A stretch of 5,315 nt of DNA from an archaeon. Lineage in GTDB: Archaea; Iainarchaeota; Iainarchaeia; Iainarchaeales; CSSED10-239. The notes under the pieces are model-generated. The model was not told the origin of the DNA and made no database searches. It worked only from the letters and a program-made list of their open reading frames with translations. A program made the position numbers and the translations under genes. Every line of letters begins with the position of its first letter. Within the stretch, counting starts at the first letter, position 1. Below, in pieces: positions 1 to 5,067 of this stretch. The stretch covers positions 17,919-23,233 of the forward strand of contig DAOOON010000011.1 of assembly GCA_035387745.1 (NCBI GenBank), given 5' to 3'.

Positions 1-16
1 TTAAATGTGATAAATT

Positions 17-337
17 ATGTTTGGTGGAATAGATCCTAGAAGAATGCAAAGTATGATGAAGCAGATGGGTATTGAAAATAAAGAGATAGAAGCTATAAGA
101 GTAATCATAGAAACGAATTCTAAAAAGATAATTATTGAAAACCCAACAGTAACAGAAGTTTCAATGCAAGGCCAAAAGACTTATCAAATCATGGGCGAGA
201 TTAAAGAAGAAACAGGCATTCCAAAAGAAGACATAAGCCTGGTAATGGAAGCTACAAAAAAATCAGAAAAAGAAGCAAAAGAGGCTTTAGAGAAAACCTC
301 TGGAGATATTGCTAAAGCCATAGAGCTATTATCTTAA
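17..337 (+). CDS. nac: Nascent polypeptide-associated complex protein, archaeal type (NAC domain plus C-terminal UBA domain)
   Basis: The 106-aa ORF opens with 'DPRRMQSMMKQMGIENKEIEAIRVIIE...IIIENPTVTEVSMQGQKTYQIMGE', typical of archaeal NAC beta-barrel domains. The tail 'PKEDISLVMEATKKSEKEAKEALEKTSGDIAKAIELL' has the three-helix UBA pattern. Size matches archaeal NAC (about 110 aa). ATG at 17, TAA at 335-337. Confidence 0.9.
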   Translation: MFGGIDPRRMQSMMKQMGIENKEIEAIRVIIETNSKKIIIENPTVTEVSMQGQKTYQIMGEIKEETGIPKEDISLVMEATKKSEKEAKEALEKTSGDIAKAIELLS

Positions 338-340
338 GTT

Positions 341-1630
341 CTATTTTTGTAATCCAAGATATAATATATTGTCTCTTTGCGCATATGCTTGTATCTGTAG
401 TGTTAAAGTTGTTTTATTAAGATCTTCTGGATAATCAACAAACGCTTGTGTTGTTGATTGTTCATAGTTGTATTTCTTACCCTCGATTATAAGATTACTA
501 GTGTCAACATTAGCTATTGTCTTATATTTTAACTCTGAAAATCCGCGACTCTTAAGCAAATTATTTATTTTTGTCACATCTATATTTTCATAATTAAAAA
601 TGATGCTAATGTTTGTTTTAGGCTCGCTAACAATTACTGTTGCATCGCTTAGTTCTTTTATTTGTGTTTTAAGGTTTTGGTATTCTGTGTTATTTATATC
701 TTCATTTAGATAAACTTCTAGGCTTAAATTTTCTTCATCTAAAGTGTAATCTGAAAATAACTTTTCATTTTTTAAGTTATCTAAAGCATTTTTTAATTCT
801 TCTTTATTTTTGTCTTCTGTTAGAGTATATATTAAATTTTGTGTAAAATTATATGTTATTTCTGTATTATTATAGTCTATTTTTATTTCTGCTTCAATTT
901 CGGTTTTGTCTTTAGGATATATTAACATTGTTTGCGCTTCCAGATAGATCTGTGCACCATAATCAATAACATTAAAGTCTCCAGAGCTAACAAGCATCTG
1001 TGGCGAACTACTATTGTTATAGCCTTCAATACCTGTTGCGCTTACTAATTTTTGGCCAGTAAATGTTGCAAAGCAAGAAACAAAGATGCTATCTTCTTTT
1101 AATGTATCAATATTTACAATACCTTCAATTGGTGTTGCTCCAAATGAATACTCGATTGTTTGATTAGAGTCGTTTGTAAAATTTACGTCTGCTGGAACAG
1201 AAAGCAGAGCATATTGATATAATTCTATTGGCTCTTTAATAATTTCTAATTCTTTTATTTTAGAGACTATTTCTTCTTTTTTTTCTGCAGTAATATTAAG
1301 TGTAATAACTACATTGATATTTCCATCTTCTGCTTGTCTATAAGAAATATTTTTGCTTTTAAGGCCCTGTAATTCTAATAGCTTATTTTCAATTGTGGTT
1401 TGGTCATAATCAACAGGCATGCCTGCAACAATTATTTGTGGGAATACTTCTAAAACGTTTGCATCAAATTGCGTAGTATAGTTAACTGGCGTAAAATTTA
1501 CATTTAAATCTGAATTAATATCACTGCCTGGTTTTGTCCTATTAGTTCCTGTTGTCATTATTGCAAACATAGATCCTACAAAAAGTAACACTATGGCTAT
1601 AGAGAAAATTGCTTTTTTATCCATTTTCAT
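341..1630 (-). CDS. Hypothetical N-terminally anchored or secreted surface protein, rich in N-glycosylation sequons, no recognisable family
   Basis: A 429-aa uninterrupted ORF is unlikely by chance in AT-rich DNA. The N-terminus 'MKMDKKAIFSIAIVLLFVGSMFAIMTTG' is a positive n-region plus hydrophobic helix (signal peptide or signal anchor). The rest is hydrophilic with 16 N-x-S/T sequons by hand count and a single Cys. I recognise no catalytic motif. The start could be M1 (1630) or M3 (1624). Confidence 0.8.
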   Translation of the reverse strand: MKMDKKAIFSIAIVLLFVGSMFAIMTTGTNRTKPGSDINSDLNVNFTPVNYTTQFDANVLEVFPQIIVAGMPVDYDQTTIENKLLELQGLKSKNISYRQAEDGNINVVITLNITAEKKEEIVSKIKELEIIKEPIELYQYALLSVPADVNFTNDSNQTIEYSFGATPIEGIVNIDTLKEDSIFVSCFATFTGQKLVSATGIEGYNNSSSPQMLVSSGDFNVIDYGAQIYLEAQTMLIYPKDKTEIEAEIKIDYNNTEITYNFTQNLIYTLTEDKNKEELKNALDNLKNEKLFSDYTLDEENLSLEVYLNEDINNTEYQNLKTQIKELSDATVIVSEPKTNISIIFNYENIDVTKINNLLKSRGFSELKYKTIANVDTSNLIIEGKKYNYEQSTTQAFVDYPEDLNKTTLTLQIQAYAQRDNILYLGLQK

Positions 1631-1660
1631 AAAAAGTTCACGTATTTTTATTCTTTTTCC

Positions 1661-1676
1661 TATATAATATTATATA
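1661..1676. promoter_or_regulatory. Perfect 16-nt palindromic TATA element (tatataat|attatata), candidate bidirectional archaeal promoter for the divergent 429-aa ORF and dus
   Basis: 'tatataatattatata' equals its own reverse complement. Its edges lie 31 nt from the ATG of the minus-strand ORF (1630) and 31 nt from the dus ATG (1707). With archaeal TATA boxes centred about 26 nt upstream of the TSS, both transcripts would have leaders of only a few nt. Neither gene has a clear Shine-Dalgarno sequence. Confidence 0.55.
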
Positions 1677-1706
1677 TAAAAACTATTTAAATAAATCATT
1701 TTTGTT

Positions 1707-2618
1707 ATGACCGCATTTAAGATTGGCAAAGTCAAAATTAGAGAAAAAGGAGTATTAGCCCCAATGTTAGAATATACTAATCTCTCCTTTAGGCGCCTTT
1801 GTGTAGAAAATGATTGCGCTTTACCATATACAGAGATGGTGCATATTAATCAGATTCTTAATTGTCCTCTAGAAAAAATTCAAGAGCTTAAAACAGAAGA
1901 CGAGGATTATTTTGTTTCTCTTCAACTGGTTGGAGATTTTACAGACACAAAAAAAACAATTTCTGCGTTTAAGAAAATAGAAAATCTACAATTTAAGATT
2001 ATAGACTTTAACCTTGGCTGCCCTTCTCCAAAGATTGAAGCAGGCAAATCTGGTGCTTTTCTTCTTGATGACATAGACAAGGTTTCTAAGACTCTTAAAG
2101 AAATAAAATCAGAAACAGATAAATCTATTACTGCTAAAGTAAGGCTTGGTACTACAAAAAACAATATTTCCGTAATTGCTAAGTCTTTAGAGAATGCTGG
2201 AATTGATGCTATAGCAATTCATGGAAGACTAAAGACTCAAGGTTACAAGACGCCCTCAGATTATAAAGAGGTTGAAAAGATTGCAAAGGAATTGTCTATT
2301 CCTGTAATATACAATGGCGACATCAATCTAAATAATTACAAGACGTTTAATGACATTGATGTGTTTTCTGGGTTAATGATAGGAAGAACCGCTCTTAACA
2401 ATCCGGAGATTTTTTCTTTAATTTCTGAGAAAAAGCCAAAGACAAGAGAAGAGAACATTAAGCTATTTATTAACCTTTCAAAGAAATATAATCTAGAAAT
2501 CAAATATCAAAAGAATAATCTCTTACAATTAGTTTCTGGCTTTTCGGGTTCTAAGAGGCTTAGAGAAAAGCTATCTATTGCAAAAACTCAGGAAGATATT
2601 GAGGCGGTTCTATATTAG
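1707..2618 (+). CDS. dus: tRNA-dihydrouridine synthase (Dus family, FMN-dependent TIM barrel)
   Basis: The 303-aa ORF carries the Dus signature blocks: 'LAPMLEYTNLSFRRLC' (N-terminal LAPM block), 'IDFNLGCPSPKI' (catalytic Cys in the N-x-G-C-P motif), 'TAKVRLG', 'IAIHGRLKTQGY', 'IPVIYNGDI' and 'GLMIGRTALNNPEIF'. Confidence 0.9.
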   Translation: MTAFKIGKVKIREKGVLAPMLEYTNLSFRRLCVENDCALPYTEMVHINQILNCPLEKIQELKTEDEDYFVSLQLVGDFTDTKKTISAFKKIENLQFKIIDFNLGCPSPKIEAGKSGAFLLDDIDKVSKTLKEIKSETDKSITAKVRLGTTKNNISVIAKSLENAGIDAIAIHGRLKTQGYKTPSDYKEVEKIAKELSIPVIYNGDINLNNYKTFNDIDVFSGLMIGRTALNNPEIFSLISEKKPKTREENIKLFINLSKKYNLEIKYQKNNLLQLVSGFSGSKRLREKLSIAKTQEDIEAVLY

Positions 2619-3340
2619 AATAGTACAACTATAATAATTGCTATAGCCAGTATTATAATTAAAGTAAAATACCAGTTTTTTATCAAAAATTTTACTGTTG
2701 TAAATAACGCCTTAAAAACTCCAACAATGAGATTAAATAGATATTCAAAAAACTTTTTTGGGCTTTTTATGTCTTTTAGCATTTCTGAGAATATTTCGCG
2801 ATTGTTTTTTTGTTTTTTTTCTATCTTATTAAAATTATTTATTTTTGAAGTCACGCCATCAAAATATATTTCCATATTTTCAATATCGCATCTCCAGATA
2901 GGCATATAGATTTCTTCAAAACCACTTAAAGATATATTGTTTTTTTCAACACTAAACTTGCAAGATAGCATCTTTGTTATTGTTTCTTTTGCTTCTTCTT
3001 TTTTTACTAATGATTTCTTAATTCTAATTTCTACCTTTTCAAAAGAAATATCTAAATCTTCTATAATCTTTGGCGTGGAAACATCTAAAAGCTTTAGAAA
3101 TTCGTCCTCAACTTTGTTTGTCAAAGAATTAAGTGCTGTTTGTGCAGAGATATGCTGATACTTACCATCAGTCTTACAATCAATATCATAGAAGCAGACC
3201 CAAAAAGGGGTGATGTTAAGGTGAATCTTATCTTTTGTAATTTTTACCTTGTGACCTTTTTTGTCAAACTCTTTTTGGAATAATAAAATAGCTTCCTCAA
3301 GAGTTATTTTGACAGGAAAGGATAATTTATTTAATTCCAT
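2615..3340 (-). CDS. Hypothetical tail-anchored membrane protein with an internally duplicated soluble domain; second gene of the sepF operon
   Basis: The 241-aa ORF starts 7 nt after the sepF stop on the same strand. There is no N-terminal signal. Residues 223-241 'WYFTLIIILAIAIIIVVLF' form a transmembrane helix at the extreme C-terminus, preceded by a hydrophobic/amphipathic stretch 'FFEYLFNLIVGVFKALFTTVKFLIKN'. The soluble part has two similar halves, each with 'EEA' then 'P-[FI]-W-x-C' 28-30 residues later. I cannot assign a family. Confidence 0.8.
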   Translation of the reverse strand: MELNKLSFPVKITLEEAILLFQKEFDKKGHKVKITKDKIHLNITPFWVCFYDIDCKTDGKYQHISAQTALNSLTNKVEDEFLKLLDVSTPKIIEDLDISFEKVEIRIKKSLVKKEEAKETITKMLSCKFSVEKNNISLSGFEEIYMPIWRCDIENMEIYFDGVTSKINNFNKIEKKQKNNREIFSEMLKDIKSPKKFFEYLFNLIVGVFKALFTTVKFLIKNWYFTLIIILAIAIIIVVLF

Positions 3341-3347
3341 CTATAAT

Positions 3348-3689
3348 TTACTTCTTCTTTATCTTGACTTTAGATGGTGTTAAAAGTATCTTTGATGTAG
3401 AGATCATTGCTAAGTCTCCGCCTGTATCTTTAACAAACATCTTTATTTGTCCAAGAAACTGCTTTGCTCTTTGTGCGTTTCTCTTGCTTAAGTTTTCTAT
3501 GTCTAAAAGTACAATGTTTCTTTCTTTTAATTCTCTTATTACTTCTTCTACTTCAGCATTTGTTTGTAAGCTGATAGGTTTTACCCAAAAATCTACTTCT
3601 TCTGGTTCCTCTTCAATCTCTATGTTGTTTAAGTAATCGTCAACATCTAAATCTCCTTTCTTAGAAAATACGTTGTTTAAAAATGCCAT
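3348..3689 (-). CDS. sepF: Cell division protein SepF (FtsZ-binding membrane anchor, DUF552 family), archaeal-size
   Basis: The 113-aa ORF has a short amphipathic N-terminus 'MAFLNNVFSKK' (membrane-targeting-helix-like) and an acidic linker 'DLDVDDYLNNIEIEEEPEE'. The core 'VKPISLQTNAEVEEVIRELKERNIVLLDIENLSKRNAQRAKQFLGQIKMFVKDTGGDLAMISTSKILLTPSKVKI' matches the SepF pattern: a strand, a 'G/N-hIVhLDh' strand, a helix, 'GGDh..h' and 'hhhhTP..V.I'. A GGTGA Shine-Dalgarno sequence lies 6 nt upstream of the ATG. Confidence 0.85.
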   Translation of the reverse strand: MAFLNNVFSKKGDLDVDDYLNNIEIEEEPEEVDFWVKPISLQTNAEVEEVIRELKERNIVLLDIENLSKRNAQRAKQFLGQIKMFVKDTGGDLAMISTSKILLTPSKVKIKKK

Positions 3690-3695
3690 TTTTAT

Positions 3696-3700
3696 TCACC
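3696..3700 (-). promoter_or_regulatory. Shine-Dalgarno sequence (GGTGA) for sepF
   Basis: The plus strand 'tcacc' at 3696-3700 reads GGTGA on the minus strand, with 6 nt of spacing to the sepF ATG (3689-3687). This is the only clear SD in the window. Confidence 0.6.
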
Positions 3701-3888
3701 TTTTTTGTTTATTCCCCTTTTTTTTATAAAAATATAGTAATATAATATTGAACCAAAATATATAAAAACAAATTGTTATATGGGTAGTCTAAAATTCTTG
3801 TATTTTTCGAAACTTCCCTTTATAAACCTTGTCTTTTAAAATTAGTTTCCTTTTTAATTTGTTTTTGTTCTTAATATTTATATCAACT
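3701..3888. promoter_or_regulatory. Divergent promoter region between sepF (-) and thiI (+), with several TATA-like A/T octamers
   Basis: This is the largest non-coding gap in the window. A candidate sepF TATA lies around 3722-3745 (minus strand 'actatatttttataaaa'). Candidate thiI TATA elements are 'tttataaa' at 3818-3825 and 'tttttaat' at 3851-3858. The latter ends 31 nt before ATG 3889, the same geometry as the dus promoter. Everything here is A/T-rich, so individual assignments are weak. Confidence 0.35.
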
Positions 3889-5058
3889 ATGAAAACAACG
3901 CACGTAATAATACATTATTCAGAGATTGGTATAAAGAAATCTAATCGCTTTATTTTTGAGAATGCACTTTTAAGAAATATTAATGCATCTTGTAAAGAGG
4001 AGCTTTCCTCGTCTTTTAAAAGATATGGCAGATTGATTTTAGTTTTAAAAGAGGATTCCAATTTAGAAATTTTAAAAAGAAATTTAGAAAACACGCCAGG
4101 CGTCTCTAGCTTTTCTTTTTCTTATTCTTGTCAAAGGGATATTAAAGATATAAAAAAACTAGCATATGATATTGCAAAATCTAGAGAAAAGGATTTTTCT
4201 AATTTTAGAATAACAACAACTAGATCTTTTAAGAAGTTTCCATTAACATCTCAAGAAGCTGATGCAGAGATTGGTGCAGATATCTTTATGCTTCTTAAAA
4301 AACCAGTAAAATTAAAAGGCTCAGATCTCGACATTGGTGTTGAGATTACAGAAAAAGAGGTTTTTGTTTACACTAACAAAGATACTTTCAAAAGCATTGG
4401 CGGTCTCCCAGTTGGTTCAACAGGAAAGCTTGTGTGTTCTTTGTCAGGCGGCATAGATAGTCCTGTTTCTGGGTATATGTTAAACAAGCGCGGCTGTAAA
4501 GTTATCTATGTGCATATTCAAAGCAATAACTTGGTAACAAAAGAAGTAGAAGATAAGATCTTTAAGCTATGTAATGTTCTAAAGAACTTTCAGGGGGAAA
4601 CCAAACTTATAATAGTCCCTTTCTCTGATATTCAAAAGCAGTTATTGATTGCAGTTCCTGCAGATTATAGAATGATAATCTACAGAAGATTTATGTTTAG
4701 AATAATTAATAAGATTGCAGACAAGGAAAATGCGCAAGGCATTATCACAGGAGACTCGGTTGGGCAAGTTGCTTCTCAGACTCTTGAAAACTTAAATTGC
4801 ATTTATGAAGCAGCAAAGTTTCCGGTCTTTTCACCATTAATCGGTCTTAACAAAGAAGAGATAATAGCGATTGCTCAAAGGATTGGGACCTATAAAACTT
4901 CAATTATCCCTTATCCAGATTGCTGTTCATTTATGGTTGCAGAACACCCAAAGACCAAAGGCAGCATTGCAGATGTCAAATACATTGAAAACAACATCAA
5001 GGATATCGAGACGCTGGTAGATAACGCAATCTCCAATTCTAAAATTTATAATTTTTAA
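3889..5058 (+). CDS. thiI: tRNA 4-thiouridine(8) synthase ThiI (N-terminal ferredoxin-like and THUMP domains plus PP-loop ATP pyrophosphatase); no rhodanese domain
   Basis: From ATG 3889 the protein is 389 aa. 'HVIIHYSEIGIKKSNRFIFENALLRNI' is a typical ThiI N-terminus, and 'FRITTTRSFKKFPLTSQEADAEIGADI' a THUMP-region block. 'KLVCSLSGGIDSPVSGYML' is the PP-loop SGGxDS, followed by 'ITGDSVGQVASQTLENL' and 'PYPDCCSF' (conserved Cys region). The ORF-track start at 3829 is a TTG adding 20 F/L/I-rich residues read from T-rich promoter DNA, so I prefer ATG 3889. Confidence 0.9.
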   Translation: MKTTHVIIHYSEIGIKKSNRFIFENALLRNINASCKEELSSSFKRYGRLILVLKEDSNLEILKRNLENTPGVSSFSFSYSCQRDIKDIKKLAYDIAKSREKDFSNFRITTTRSFKKFPLTSQEADAEIGADIFMLLKKPVKLKGSDLDIGVEITEKEVFVYTNKDTFKSIGGLPVGSTGKLVCSLSGGIDSPVSGYMLNKRGCKVIYVHIQSNNLVTKEVEDKIFKLCNVLKNFQGETKLIIVPFSDIQKQLLIAVPADYRMIIYRRFMFRIINKIADKENAQGIITGDSVGQVASQTLENLNCIYEAAKFPVFSPLIGLNKEEIIAIAQRIGTYKTSIIPYPDCCSFMVAEHPKTKGSIADVKYIENNIKDIETLVDNAISNSKIYNF

Positions 5059-5067
5059 AAGATTATT

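Noticed and set aside
1922-2164. 80-aa ORF antisense to dus
   Set aside because: It lies entirely inside a confidently identified Dus coding region on the opposite strand. It has no recognisable motifs and no start context, so it is most likely a chance antisense ORF.
2805-2820. T7-G-T8 homopolymer pair (A8-C-A7 on the coding strand) in the linker before the tail anchor, considered as a slipped-strand phase-variation switch that would remove the membrane anchor
   Set aside because: Comparable A8 runs occur in housekeeping genes here, for example dus at 1949-1956. The tracts are therefore best explained by AT-rich composition and Lys/Asn codons. A single sequence gives no evidence of length variation.
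2727-3158. Two plus-strand ORFs (60 aa and 73 aa) antisense to the 241-aa sepF-linked gene
   Set aside because: Both are Phe/Ser/Ile-rich and low in complexity, as expected from reading the T-rich complement of a Lys/Glu/Asn-rich gene. The minus-strand ORF is far longer and is operon-linked to sepF.
3176-3196. C49-x5-C55 ('CFYDIDC') in the sepF-linked protein as a metal-binding site
   Set aside because: There are only two closely spaced Cys residues, and the pattern is not repeated in the second module, which has single C127 and C151. That is too little to call a metal site without homolog conservation or structure.
3364-3636. 90-aa plus-strand ORF antisense to sepF
   Set aside because: The opposite strand encodes a clear SepF-family protein with an SD. 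The antisense product is low-complexity and hydrophobic with no motif.
3829-3888. TTG-initiated 20-aa hydrophobic N-terminal extension of thiI ('MSFKISFLFNLFLFLIFIST'), which could look like a membrane anchor
   Set aside because: It starts at a non-ATG codon and is translated from T-rich promoter-like DNA, which automatically yields Phe/Leu/Ile. The in-frame ATG at 3889 gives the canonical ThiI N-terminus ('...IIHYSEIGIKK.NR') and sits 31 nt from a TATA-like element. ThiI is a soluble enzyme.
3701-3888. Possible small ncRNA or riboswitch in the 199-nt sepF/thiI intergenic region
   Set aside because: I could find no G+C-enriched segment or convincing stem-loops by eye. The region is almost pure A/T with TATA-like octamers, consistent with a divergent promoter. 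A covariance-model scan (Rfam/Infernal) would be needed to exclude it fully.
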